Assembly: GCA_964016885.1 (NCBI GenBank)
Contig: OZ024742.1
Span: forward strand, 44,702,001 to 44,766,000
Source of the DNA: Eledone cirrhosa
Taxonomy: Eukaryota
DNA length: 64,000 bases
Direction: 5' to 3'
Numbering within the stretch: the stretch's first letter is position 1; the number at the start of each line of letters is the position of its first letter. The notes below the pieces were generated by a model. That model was not told where the DNA came from. It saw only the letters and a program-made list of their open reading frames with translations, and did not search any database. Below, piece after piece: positions 27,401 to 43,600 of the stretch. The position numbers and the translations under genes were made by a program.

Positions 27401-28141
27401 TGATAGTGATGTCAATGACGAGATGATGATAGTGATGTCAATGACGAGATGATGATAGTGATGACAATGATGAGATGATGATAGTGATGACAATGATGAG
27501 ATGATGAAAGTGATGTCAATGATGAGATGATGATAGTGATGTCAATGATGAGATGATGATAGTGATGACAATGATGAGAAGATGATAGTGATGTCAATGA
27601 TGAGATGATGATAGTGATGACAATGATGAGATGATGATAGTGATGACAATGATGAGATGATGATAGTGATGTAAATGATGAGATGATGATAGTGATGTCA
27701 ATGATGAGATGATGATAGTGATGACAATGATGAGATGATGATAGTGATGTCAATGACGAGAACGATGATAGTGATGACAATGACGAGATGATGATAGTGA
27801 TGACAATGATGAGATGATGATAGTGATGACAATGATTAGATGATGATAGTGATGACAATGATGAGAAGATGATAGTGATGACAATGACGAGATGATGATA
27901 GTGATGACAATGATGAGATGATGATAGTGATGTCAATGATGAGATGATGATAGTGATGACAATGATGAGATGATGATAGTGATGTCAATGATGAGAAGAT
28001 GATAGTGATGACAATGACGAGATGATGATAGTGATGACAATGATGAGATGATGATAGTGATGTCAATGATGAGATGATGATAGTGATGACAATGATGAGA
28101 TGATGATAGTGATGACAATGACTAGATGATGATAGTGATGA
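6467..28141. repeat. 26-bp tandem satellite array, left part
   Basis: Consensus GATGATGATAGTGATG(A/T)CAATGA(T/C)GA, head-to-tail in one orientation, with occasional 27-, 28- and 29-bp variants. Confidence 0.98.
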
Positions 28142-28694
28142 TGTAGTGACCTACATTCCGCGGGCTCACATACATTCTCTGTGCGTGATTTGGCTCAGTT
28201 CAGCCAATCAGCGCCAGTAGAAGAGGATGTATCCCTACGCGCCCTGAGGAAGAATTTCCCCGTGAAGATTTGAAGAATCTCTAGCTTGTACCAGAAACTT
28301 TGAGCCAGCAACACGCATAATGTAACAGTGAGATATTGCACCACTAGCCTCGCCGGCTTAACGGCACAATGGCACATTCCATTTTGTAACCTCTTTGTAT
28401 CTGTAACTTCAACCATATAAATAAACAAACATTTCATCTCTAATTACTGCGGTTGAAGTCGTTGTTATGTTACTCGTGTCTCAATAACATCTTTAATCCA
28501 TGCTGCTGGAATTGGCGACCTGACGAAAGGAATATTGTGAATAGATGGTAAATAGATCGAGGGACCTTCCCTCACGTCTATGTCAACAAGATAATCCAAC
28601 GAGGATACTATCACTTACCACACTGGCAACTAACGACCACTGATTCTACCACCCTGCTAAAGTGGCGATAACATCTATAACTAATACTGCTAAA
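28142..28694 (+). mobile_element. Solo LTR-like insertion (553 bp) with a 4-bp target-site duplication ATGA
   Basis: Begins TGTAGTG and ends TGCTAAA, one change from TGCTACA. ATGA lies at 28138-28141 and 28695-28698, and removing the insert plus one ATGA restores a satellite monomer. CCAAT at 28204 and AATAAA at 28420 suggest + orientation. Confidence 0.8.
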
Positions 28695-31600
28695 ATGACA
28701 ATGACAAGAACGATGATAGTGATGTCAATGATGAGATGATGATAGTGATGTCAATGATGAGAAGATGATAGTGATGACAATGACTAGATGATGATAGTGA
28801 TGTCAATGATGAGAAGATGATAGTGATGACAATGACTAGATGATAATAGTGATGACAATGATGAGATGATGATAGTGATGACAATGATGAGATGATGATA
28901 GTGATGTCAATGATGAGATGATGATAATGATGACAATGATGAGATGATGATAGTGATGACAATGATGAGATGATGATGATAGTGATGACAATGATGAGAT
29001 GATGATAGTGATGACAATGATGAGATGATGATAGTGATGACAATGATGAGATGATGATAGTGATGACAATGACGAGATGATGATAGTGATGACAATGATG
29101 AGATGATGATAGTGATGTCAATGATGAGAAGATGATAGTGATGACAATGATGAGATGATGATAGTGATGACAATGACGAGATGATGATAGTGATGACAAT
29201 GATGAGATGATGATAGTGATGTCAATGACGAGATGATGATAGTGATGTCAATGATGAGATGATGATAGTGATGACAATGATCAGATGATGATAGTGATGT
29301 CAATAACGAGAACGATGATAGTGATGTCAATGATGAGATGATGATAGTGATGACAATGATGAGATGATGATAGTGATGACAATGATGAGATGATGATAGT
29401 GATGACAATGATGAGATGATGATAGTGATGTCAATGACGAGATGATGATAGTGATGTCAATGATGAGATGATGATAGTGATGTCAATGACGAGATGATGA
29501 TAGTGATGTCAATGACGAGATGATGATAGTGATGACAATGATCAGATGATGATAGTGATGTCAATGATGAGATGATGATAGTGATGACAATGATGAGATG
29601 ATGATAGTGATGACAATGATGAGATGATGATAGTGATGTCAATTGATGAGATGATGATAGTGATGACAATGACTAGATGATGATAGTGATGACAATGATG
29701 AGATGATGATAGTGATGACAATGATGAGATGATGATAGTGATGACAATGACAAGATGATGATAGTGATGTCAATGACGAGATGATGTTATTGATGTCAAT
29801 GACGAGATGATAATAGTGATGACAATGATGAGATGATGATGATAGTGATGTCAATGATGAGATGATGATAGTGATGTCAATGACGAAATGATGATAGTGA
29901 TGACAATGATGAGATGATGATAGTGATGTCAATGATGAGATGATGATAGTGATGTCAATGACGAGATGATGATAGTGATGACAATGACTAGATGATGATA
30001 GTGATGACAATGATGAGATGATGATAGTGATGACAATGATGAGATGATGATGGTGATGTCAATGATGAGATGATGATATTGATGTCAATGACGAGAGGTT
30101 GATAGTGATGACAATGATGAGATGATGATAGTGATGCCAATGATCACATGATGATAGTGATGTCAATGATCAGATGATGATAGTGATGTCAATGATGAGA
30201 TGGTGATAGTGATGACAATGATGAGATGATGATAGTGATGACAATGACGAGATGATGATAGTGATGACAATGATGAGATGATGATAGTGATGACAATGAC
30301 AAGATGATGATAGTGATGTCAATGACGAGATGATGATAGTGATGACAATGATGAGATGATGATAGTGATGTCAATGATGAGATGATGATAGTGATGTCAA
30401 TGATGAGATGATGATAGTGATGTCAATGATGAGATGATGATAGTGATGTCAATGATGAGATGAATGATAGTGATGTCAATGATGAGATGATGATAGTGAT
30501 GACAATGATGAGATGATGATAGTGATGTCAATGATGAGATGATGATAGTGATGTCAATGATGAAATGATGATAGTGATGACATTACGAGATGATGATAGT
30601 GATGACAATGACGAGATGATGATAGTGATGTCAATGATGAGATGATGATAGTGATGACAATGATGAGATGATGATAGTGATGTCAATGACGAGAACGATG
30701 ATAGTGATGTCAATGACGAGATGATGATAGTGATGACAATGACGAGATGATGATAGTGATGACAATGATGAGATGATGATAGTGATGACAATGATGAGAT
30801 GATGATAGTGATGACAATGATGAGATGTTGATAGTGATGACAATGATGAGAAGATGATAGTGATGTCAATGATGAGAATGATGATAGTTATGTCAATGAT
30901 GAGAATGATGATAGTGATGTCAATGACGAGATGATGATAGTGATGACAATGACGATATGATGATAGTGATGACAATGATGAGATGATGATAGTGATGTCA
31001 ATGATAAGATGATGATAGTGATGACAATGACAAGAACGATGATAGTGATGACAATGATGAGATGATGATAGTGATGACAATGACGAGTACGATGATAGTG
31101 ATGACAATGATGAGATGATGATAGTGATGTCAATGATGAGATGATGATAGTGATGACAATGACGAGATGATGATAGTGATGACAATGATGAGATGATGAT
31201 AGTGATGTCAATGATGAGATGATGATAGTGATGACAATGATGAGATGATGATAGTGATGACAATGATGAGATGATGATAGTGATGACAATGATGAGATGA
31301 TGATAGTGATGTCAATGACGAGATGATGATAGTGATGACAATGATCAGATGATGATAGTGATGTCAATGATGACAAGATGATAGTGATGTCAATGATGAG
31401 AATGATGATAGTGATGACAATGATGAGATGATAATGGTGATGACAATGATCAGATGATGATAGTGATGTCAATGATGAGATGATGATAGTGATGTCAATG
31501 ATGAGATGATGATAGTGATGTCAATGACGAGATGATGATAGTGATGACAATGATGAGATGATGATAGTGATGACAATGACAAGAACGATGATAGTGATGA

Positions 31601-34600
31601 CAATGATGAGATGATGATAGTGATGACAATGACGAGAACGATGATAGTGATGACAATGATAAGATGATGATAGTGATGTCAATGATGAGATGATGATAGT
31701 GATGACAATGATGAGATGATGATAGTGATATCAATGATGAGATGATGATAGTGATGTCAATGATGAGATGATGATAGTGATGACAATGATGAGATGATGA
31801 TAGTGATGTCAATTGAGGAGATGATGATAGTGATGTCAATTGAGGAGATGATGATAAATGATGTCAATGATGAGATGATGATAGAGATGTCAACGATGAG
31901 AAGATGATAGTGATGTCAATGATGAGATGATGATAGTGATGACAATGATGAGATGATGATAGTGATGTCAATGATGAGATGATGATAGTGATGTCAATGA
32001 TGAGATGATGATAGTGATGACAATGATGAGATGATGATGGTGATGATAATGATCACATGATGATAGTGATGTCAATGATGAGATGATGATAGTGATGTCA
32101 ATGACGAGATGATGATAGTGATGACAATGATGAGATGTTGATAGTGATGTCAATGATCAGATGATGATAGTGATGTCAATGATCAGATGATGATAGTGAT
32201 GACAATGATGAGATGATGATAGTGATGTCAATGATGAGATGATGATAGTGATGACAATGATGAGATAATGATAGTGATGACAATGACGAGATGATGATAG
32301 TGATCACAATGACGAGATGATGATAGTGATGACAATGATGAGATGATTATAGTGATGTCAATGATGAGATGATTATAGTGATGTCAATGATGAGATGATG
32401 ATAGTGATGACAATGATGAGATGATGATAGTGATGTCAATGATGAGATGATGATAGTGATGACAATGATGAGATGATGATAGTGATGTCAATGATGAGAT
32501 GATGATAGTGATGTCAATGATCAGATGATGATAGTGATGTCAATGATGAGATGATGATAGTGATGTCAATGATGAGATGATGATGGTGATGACAATGATG
32601 AGATGATGATGGTGATGATAATGATCACATGATGATAGTGATGTCAATGATGAGATGATGATAGTGATGTCAATGACGAGATGATGATAGTGATAACAAT
32701 GATGAGATGATGATAGTGATGTCAATGATCAGATGATGATAGTGATGTCAATGATGAGATGATGATAGTGATGACAATGATGAGATGATGATAGTGATGT
32801 CAATGACGAGATGATGATAGTGATGACAATGACGAGATGATGATAGTGATGACAATGACGAGATGATGATAGTGATGACAATGACGAGATGATGATAGTG
32901 ATGACAATGATGAGATGATGATAGTGATGTCAATGATGAGATGATGATAGTGATGACAATGATGAGATGATGATAGTGATGACAATGACGAGATGATGAT
33001 ACTGATGACAATGACGAGATGATGATAGTGATGACAATGATGAGATGATGATAGTGATGTCAATGACGAGATGATGATAGTGATGACAATGATGAGATGA
33101 TGATAGTGATGTCAATGATGAGAAGATGATAGTGATGACAATGACGAGAACGATGGTAGTGATGTCAATGACGAGATGATGATAGTGATGTCAATGACGA
33201 GAACGATGGTAGTGATGTCAATGACGAGATGATGATAGTGATGACAATGATCAGATGATGATAGTGATGTCAATGATGAGATGATGATAGTGATGTCAAT
33301 GACAAGAACGATGATAGTGATGACAATGATGAGATGATGATAGTGATGACAATGATGAGATGATGATAGTGATGTCAATGATGAGAATGATGATAGTGAT
33401 GACAATGATCAGATGATGATAGTGATGACAATGATGAGATGATGATAGTGATGTCAATGACAAGAACGATGATAGTGATGACAATGATGAGATGATGATA
33501 GTGATGACAATGACGAGAACGATGATAGTGATGACAATGATGAGATGATGATAGTGATGACAATGATGAGATGATGATAGTGATGTCAATGATGAGAATG
33601 ATGATAGTGATGACAATGATCAGATGATGATAGTGATGTCAATGATGAGATGATGATAGTGATGACAATGACGAGAACGATGATAGTGATGACAATGATG
33701 AGATGATGATAGTGATGACAATGACGAGAACGATGATAGTGATGACAATGATGAGATGATGATAGTGATGACAATGATGAGATGATGATAGTGATGACAA
33801 TGACGAGATGATGATAGTGATGACAATGATGAGATGATGATAGTGATGTCAATGATGAGATGATGATAGTGATGACAATGATGAGATGATGATAGTGATG
33901 TCAATGATGAGATGATGATAGTGATGTCAATGATGAGATGATGATAGTGATGTCAATGATGAGATGATGATAGTGATGACAATGATGAGATGATGATAGT
34001 GATGACAATGATGAGATGATGATAGTGATGTCAATGATGAGATGATGATAGTGATGTCAATGATGAGATGATGATAGTGATGTCAATGATGAGATGATGA
34101 TAGTGATGACAATGATGAGATGATGATAGTGATGACAATGATTAGATGATGATAGTGATGTCAATGATGAGATGATGATAGTGATGTCAATGATGAGATG
34201 ATGATAGTGATGACAATGATGAGATGATGATAGTGATGTCAATGATGAGATGATGATAGTGATGACAATGATGAGATGATGATAGTGATGACAATGATGA
34301 GATGATGATAGTGATGTCAATGATGAGATGATGATAGTGATGACAATGATGAGATGATGATAGTGATGTCAATGATGAGATGATGATAGTGATGACAATG
34401 ATGAGATGATGATGGTGATGACAATGATCAGATGATGATAGTGATGTCAATGGCGAGATGATGATAGAGACGACAATGATGAGATGATGATAGAGATGAC
34501 AATGATGAGATGATGATAGTGATGACAATGATGAGATGATGATAGTGATGTCAATGATGAGATGATGATAGTGATGACAATGATGAGAAGATGATAGTGA

Positions 34601-37600
34601 TGTCAATGATGAGATGATGATAGTGATGACAATGATGAGATGATGATAGTGATGACAATGATGAGATGATGATAGTGATGTCAATGATGAGATGATGATA
34701 GTGATGTCAATGATGAGATGATGATAGTGATGTCAATGATGAGATGATGATAGTGATGACAATGATGAGATGATGATAGTGATGACAATGATTAGATGAT
34801 GATAGTGATGTCAATGATGAGATGATGATAGTGATGTCAATGATGAGATGATGATAGTGATGACAATGATGAGATGATGATAGTGATGTCAATGATGAGA
34901 TGATGATAGTGATGACAATGATGAGATGATGATAGTGATGACAATGAGGAGATGATGATAGTGATGTCAATGATGAGATGATGATAGTGATGACAATGAT
35001 GAGATGATGATAGTGATGTCAATGATGAGATGATGATAGTGATGACAATGATGAGATGATGATGGTGATGACAATGATCAGATGATGATAGTGATGTCAA
35101 TGGCGAGATGATGATAGAGACGACAATGATGAGATGATGATAGAGATGACAATGATGAGATGATGATAGTGATGACAATGATGAGATGATGATAGTGATG
35201 TCAATGATGAGATGATGATAGTGATGACAATGATGAGAAGATGATAGTGATGTCAATGACGAGATGATGATAGTGATGACAATGACGAGATGATGATAGT
35301 GATGACAATGACGAGATGATAATGGTGATGACAATGATCAGATGATGATAGTGATGTCAATGATGAGATGATGATAGTGATGTCAATGATAAGATGATGA
35401 TAGTGATGACAATGATGAGATGATGATAGTGATGACAATGACAAGAACGATGATAGTGATGACAATGATGAGATGATGATAGTGATGACAATGACGAGAA
35501 CGATGATAGTGATGTCAATGATTAGATGATGATAGTGATGACAATGATGAGATGATGATAGTGATGACAATGATTAGATGATGATAGTGATGTCAATGAT
35601 GAGATGATGATAGTGATGTCAATGATGAGATGATGATAGTGATGACAATGATGAGATGATGATAGTGATGTCAATGATGAGATGATGATAGTGATGACAA
35701 TGATGAGATGATGATAGTGATGACAATGATGAGATGATGATAGTGATGTCAATGATGAGATGATGATAGTGATGACAATGATGAGATGATGATAGTGATG
35801 TCAATGATGAGATGATGATAGTGATGACAATGATGAGATGATGATGGTGATGACAATGATCAGATGATGATAGTGATGTCAATGGCGAGATGATGATAGA
35901 GACGACAATGATGAGATGATGATAGAGATGACAATGATGAGATGATGATAGTGATGACAATGATGAGATGATGATAGTGATGTCAATGATGAGATGATGA
36001 TAGTGATGACAATGATGAGAAGATGATAGTGATGTCAATGATGAGATGATGATAGTGATGACAATGATGAGATGATGATAGTGATGACAATGATGAGATG
36101 ATGATAGTGATGTCAATGATGAGATGATGATAGTGATGTCAATGATGAGATGATGATAGTGATGTCAATGATGAGATGATGATAGTGATGACAATGATGA
36201 GATGATGATAGTGATGACAATGATTAGATGATGATAGTGATGTCAATGATGAGATGATGATAGTGATGTCAATGATGAGATGATGATAGTGATGACAATG
36301 ATGAGATGATGATAGTGATGTCAATGATGAGATGATGATAGTGATGACAATGATGAGATGATGATAGTGATGACAATGATGAGATGATGATAGTGATGTC
36401 AATGATGAGATGATGATAGTGATGACAATGATGAGATGATGATAGTGATGTCAATGATGAGATGATGATAGTGATGACAATGATGAGATGATGATGGTGA
36501 TGACAATGATCAGATGATGATAGTGATGTCAATGGCGAGATGATGATAGAGACGACAATGATGAGATGATGATAGAGATGACAATGATGAGATGATGATA
36601 GTGATGACAATGATGAGATGATGATAGTGATGTCAATGATGAGATGATGATAGTGATGACAATGATGAGAAGATGATAGTGATGTCAATGACGAGATGAT
36701 GATAGTGATGACAATGACGAGATGATGATAGTGATGACAATGACGAGATGATAATGGTGATGACAATGATCAGATGATGATAGTGATGTCAATGATGAGA
36801 TGATGATAGTGATGTCAATGATAAGATGATGATAGTGATGACAATGATGAGATGATGATAGTGATGACAATGACAAGAACGATGATAGTGATGACAATGA
36901 TGAGATGATGATAGTGATGACAATGACGAGAACGATGATAGTGATGTCAATGATTAGATGATGATAGTGATGACAATGATGAGATGATGATAGTGATGAC
37001 AATGATGAGATGATGATAGTGATGTCAATGATGAGATGATGATAGTGATGTCAATGATGAGATGATGATAGTGATGTCAATGATGAGATGATGATAGTGA
37101 TGACAATGACGAGATGATGATAGTGATGACAATGATGAGATGATGATAGTGATGTCAATGATGAGATGATGATAGAATTGACAATGATTAGATGATGATA
37201 GTGATGTCAATGACGAGATGATAATAGTGATGACAATGATGAGATGATGATAGTGATGACAATGACGAGATGATGATAGTGATGACAATGACGAGATGAT
37301 GATAGTGATGACAATGATGAGATGATGATAGTGATGTCAATGATGAGATGATGATAGTGATGACAATGATGAGATGATGATAGTGATGTCAATGATGAGA
37401 TGATGATAGTGATGACAATGATGAGATGATGATAGTGATGACAATGATGAGATGATGATAGTGATGTCAATGATGAGATGATGATAGTGATGACAATGAT
37501 GAGATGATGATAGAGTTGACAATGATTAGATGATGATAGTGATGACAATGATGAGATGATGATAGTGATGTCAATTGATGAGATGATGATAGTGATGTCA

Positions 37601-40600
37601 ATGATGAGATGATGATAGAGTTGACAATGATTAGATGATGATAGTGATGTCAATGACGAGATGATAATAGTGATGACAATGACGAGATGATGATAGTGAT
37701 GACAATGATGAGATGATGATAGTGATGTCAATGATGAGATGATGATAGTGATGACAATGATGAGATGATGATAGTGATGTCAATGATGAGATGATGATAG
37801 TGATGACAATGATGAGATGATGATAGTGATGTCAATGATGAGATGATGATAGTGATGACAATGATGAGATGATGATAGTGATGTCAATGAGGAGATGATG
37901 ATAGTGATGTCAATGATGAGATGATGATAGTGATGACAATGATGAGATGATGATAGTGATGTCAATGATGAGATGATGATAGTGATGACAATGATGAGAT
38001 GATGATAGTGATGTCAATGATGAGATGATGATAGTGATGTCAATGATGAGATGATGATAGTGACGACAATGATGAGATGATGATAGTGATGTCAATGATG
38101 AGATGATGATAGTGATGACAATGATGAGATGATGATAGTGATGTCAATTGATGAGATGATGATAAATGATGTCAATGATGAGATGATGATAGTGATGACA
38201 ATGATGAGATGATGATAGTGATGTCAATGATGAGAAGATGATAGTGATGACAATGATGAGATGATGATGGTGATGATAATGATCACATGATGATAGTGAT
38301 GTCAATGATGAGATGATGATAGTGATGTCAATGACGAGATGATGATAGTGATGACAATGATGAGATGATGATAGTGATGTCAATGATCAGATGATGATAG
38401 TGATGACAATGATGAGATGATGATAGTGATGTCAATGATGAGATGATGATAGTGATGACAATGATGAGATGATGATAGTGATGACAATGACGAGATGATG
38501 ATACTGATGACAATGACGAGATGATGATAGTGATGACAATGATGAGATGATGATAGTGATGTCAATGACGAGATGATGATAGTGATGACAATGATGAGAT
38601 GATGATAGTGATGTCAATGATGAAATGATGATAGTGATGACAATGATGAGATGATGATAGTGATGTCAATGACGAGATGATGATGGTGATGACAATGACG
38701 AGATGATGATAGTGATGACAATGACGAGATGATGATAGTGATGACAATGACGAGATGATGATAGTGATGACAATGATGAGATGATGATAGTGATGTCAAT
38801 GATGAGATGATGATAGTGACGACAATGGTGAGATGATGATAGTGATGTCAATGATGAGATGATGATAATGATGTCAATGATGAGATGATGATAGTGATGA
38901 CAATGATGAGATGATGATAGTGATGTCAATGGGGAGATGATGATAGTGATGACAATGATGAGATGATGATAGTGATGACAATGATCAGATGATGATAGTG
39001 ATGACAATGACGAGATGATGATAGTGATGACAATGACGAGATGATGATAGTGATGACAATGATCAGATGATGATAGTGATGACAATGACGAGATGATGAT
39101 AGTGATGTCAATGACAAGAACGATGATAGTGATGACAATGACGAGATGATGATAGTGATGACAATGACGAGATGATGATAGTGATGACAATGATGAGATG
39201 ATGATAGTGATGTCAATGATAAGATGATGATAGTGATGACAATGACAAGAACGATGATAGTGATGTCAATGATGAGATGATGATAGTGATGACAATGACG
39301 AGTACGATGATATTGATGACAATGATGAAATGATGATAGTGATGACAATGATGAGATGATGATACTGATGTCAATGATGAGATGATGATAGAGTTGACAA
39401 TGATTAGATGATGATAGTGATGACAATGATGAGATGATGATAGAGTTGACAATGATGAGATGATGATAGTGATGACAATGGGGAGATGATGATAGTGATG
39501 ACAATGATGAGATGATGATAGTGATGACAATGATGAGATGATGATAGTGATGTCAATGATGAGATGATGATAGTGATGACAATGATGAGATGATGATAGT
39601 GATGACAATGACGAGATGATGATACTGATGACAATGACGAGATGATGATAGTGATGACAATGATGAGATGATGATAGTGATGTCAATGACGAGATGATGA
39701 TAGTGATGACAATGATGAGATGATGATAGTGATGTCAATGATGAGAAGATGATAGTGATGACAATGACGAGAACGATGGTAGTGATGTCAATGACGAGAT
39801 GATGATAGTGATGTCAATGACGAGAACGATGGTAGTGATGTCAATGACGAGATGATGATAGTGATGACAATGATGAGATGATGATAGTGATGACAATGAT
39901 GAGATGATGATAGTGATGTCAATGATGAGAATGATGATAGTGATGACAATGATCAGATGATGATAGTGATGACAATGATGAGATGATGATAGTGATGACA
40001 ATGACGAGAACGATGATAGTGATGACAATGATGAGATGATGATAGTGATGACAATGATGAGATGATGATAGTGATGTCAATGATGAGAATGATGATAGTG
40101 ATGACAATGATCAGATGATGATAGTGATGTCAATGATGAGATGATGATAGTGATGACAATGACGAGAACGATGATAGTGATGACAATGATGAGATGATGA
40201 TAGTGATGACAATGACGAGAACGATGATAGTGATGACAATGATGAGATGATGATAGTGATGACAATGATGAGATGATGATAGTGATGACAATGATGAGAT
40301 GATGATAGTGATGACAATGACGAGATGATGATAGTGATGACAATGATGAGATGATGATAGTGATGTCAATGATGAGATGATGATAGTGATGACAATGATG
40401 AGATGATGATAGTGATGTCAATGATGAGATGATGATAGTGATGTCAATGATGAGATGATGATAGTGATGTCAATGATGAGATGATGATAGTGATGACAAT
40501 GATGAGATGATGATAGTGATGACAATGATGAGATGATGATAGTGATGTCAATGATGAGATGATGATAGTGATGTCAATGATGAGATGATGATAGTGATGT

Positions 40601-43600
40601 CAATGATGAGATGATGATAGTGATGACAATGATGAGATGATGATAGTGATGACAATGATTAGATGATGATAGTGATGTCAATGATGAGATGATGATAGTG
40701 ATGTCAATGATGAGATGATGATAGTGATGACAATGATGAGAGGATGATAGTGATGTCAATGATGAGATGATGATAGTGATGACAATGATGAGATGATGAT
40801 AGTGATGACAATGATGAGATGATGATAGTGATGTCAATGATGAGATGATGATAGTGATGACAATGATGAGATGATGATAGTGATGTCAATGATGAGATGA
40901 TGATAGTGATGACAATGATGAGATGATGATGGTGATGACAATGATCAGATGATGATAGTGATGTCAATGGCGAGATGATGATAGAGACGACAATGATGAG
41001 ATGATGATAGAGATGACAATGATGAGATGATGATAGTGATGACAATGATGAGATGATGATAGTGATGTCAATGATGAGATGATGATAGTGATGACAATGA
41101 TGAGAAGATGATAGTGATGTCAATGACGAGATGATGATAGTGATGACAATGACGAGATGATGATAGTGATGACAATGACGAGATGATAATGGTGATGACA
41201 ATGATCAGATGATGATAGTGATGTCAATGATGAGATGATGATAGTGATGTCAATGATAAGATGATGATAGTGATGACAATGATGAGATGATGATAGTGAT
41301 GACAATGACGAGTACGATGATAGTGATGACAATGATGAAATGATGATAGTGATGACAATGATGAGATGATGATACTGATGTCAATGATGAGATGATGATA
41401 GAGTTGACAATGATTAGATGATGATAGTGATGACAATGATGAGATGATGATAGAGTTGACAATGATGAGATGATGATAGTGATGACAATGGGGAGATGAT
41501 GATAGTGATGACAATGATGAGATGATGATAGTGATGACAATGATGAGATGATGAAAGTGATGTCAATGATGAGATGATGATAGAGTTGACAATGATGAGA
41601 TGATGATAGTGATGACAATGATGAGATGATGATAGTGATGACAATGACGAGATGATGATAGTGATGACAATGATGAGATGATGATAGTGATGTCAATAAT
41701 GAGATGATGATAGTGATGTCAATGATGAGATGATGATAGTGATGACAATGATGAGATGATGATAGTGATGTCAATGATGAGATGATGATAGTGATGACAA
41801 TGATGAGATGATGATAGTGATGACAATGATGAGATGATGATAGTGATGACAATGATGAGATGATGATAGTGATGACAATGATGAGATAATGATAGTGATG
41901 ACAATGATGAGATGATGATAGAGTTGACAATGATGAGATGATGATAGTGATGACAATGACGAGATGATGATAGTGATGTCAATGATGAGATGATGATAGT
42001 GATGACAATGATGAGATGATGATAGTGATGACAATGATGAGATGATGATAGTGATGACAATGATGAGATGATGATAGTGATGACAATGACGAGATGATGA
42101 TAGTGATGTCAATAATGAGATGATGATAGTGATGACAATGATGAGATGATGATAGTGATGTCAATGATGAGATGATGATAGTGATGACAATGATGAGATG
42201 ATGATAGTGATGACAATGATGAGATGATGATAGTGATGACAATGATGAGATGATGATAGTGATGACAATGATGAGATGATGATAGTGATGACAATGACGA
42301 GATGATGATAGTGATGTCAATGATGAGATGATGATAGTGATGACAATGATGAGATGATGATAGTGATGACAATGACGAGATGATGATAGTGATGTCAATG
42401 ATGAGATGATGATAGTGATGACAATGATGAGATGATGATAGTGATGTCAATAATGAGATGATGATAGTGATGACAATGATGAGATGATGATAGTGATGTC
42501 AATGATGAGATGATGATAGTGATGACAATGATGAGATGATGATAGTGATGACAATGATGAGATGATGATAGTGATGACAATGATGAGAAGATGATAGTGA
42601 TGACAATGATGAGATGATGATGGTGATGACAATGATGAGAAGATGATAGTGATGACAATGATGAGATGATGATGGTGATGACAATGATGAGATGATGATA
42701 GTGATGACAATGATGAGATGATGATAGTGATGACAATGATGAGATGATGATAGTGATGTCAATGATTAGATGATGATAGTGATGTCAATGATCAGATGAT
42801 GATAGTTATGTCAATGATGAGATGATGATAGTGATGTCAATGATGAGAAGATGATAGTGATGACAATGATGAGATGATGATAGTGATGACAATGATGAGA
42901 TGATGATAGTGATGACAATGATGAGATGATGATAGTGATGTCAATGATGAGAAGATGATAGTGATGACAATGATGAGATGATGATAGTGATGTCAATGAT
43001 GAGAAGATGATAGTGATGACAATGACGAGATGATGATAGTGATGACAATGATGAGATGATGATAGTGATGTCAATGATGAGAAGATGATAGTGATGACAA
43101 TGATGAGATGATGATAGTGATGTCAATGATGAGAAGATGATAGTGATGACAATGATGAGATGATGATAGTGATGTCAATGATGAGAAGATGATAGTGATG
43201 ACAATGACGAGATGATGATAGTGATGACAATGATGAGATGATGATAGTGATGTCAATGATGAGAAGATGATAGTGATGACAATGATGAGATGATGATAGT
43301 GATGACAATGATGAGATGATGATAGTGATGACAATGATGAGATGATGATAGTGATGTCAATGATGAGATAATGATAGTGATGACAATGATCAGATGATGA
43401 TAGTGATGTCAATGATCAGATGATGATAGTGATGTCAATGATGAGATGATGATAGTGATGTCAATGATGAGATGATGATAGTGATGACAATGACGAGATG
43501 ATGATAGTGATGACAATGATGAGATGATGATAGTGATGTCAATGATGAGATGATGATAGTGATGACAATGATGAGATGATGATAGTGATCACAATGATGA

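Noticed and set aside
28195-28437. 80-aa minus-strand ORF in the insertion
   Set aside because: Short, with no recognisable motif, and inside an LTR-like sequence.
28244-28580. Hammerhead ribozyme cores (CTGAGGA at ~28244, CTGACGA at ~28520), as in retrozymes
   Set aside because: I could not find a stem II followed by GAAA or a closing stem with an NUH site. An Infernal or RNAmotif search would settle it.
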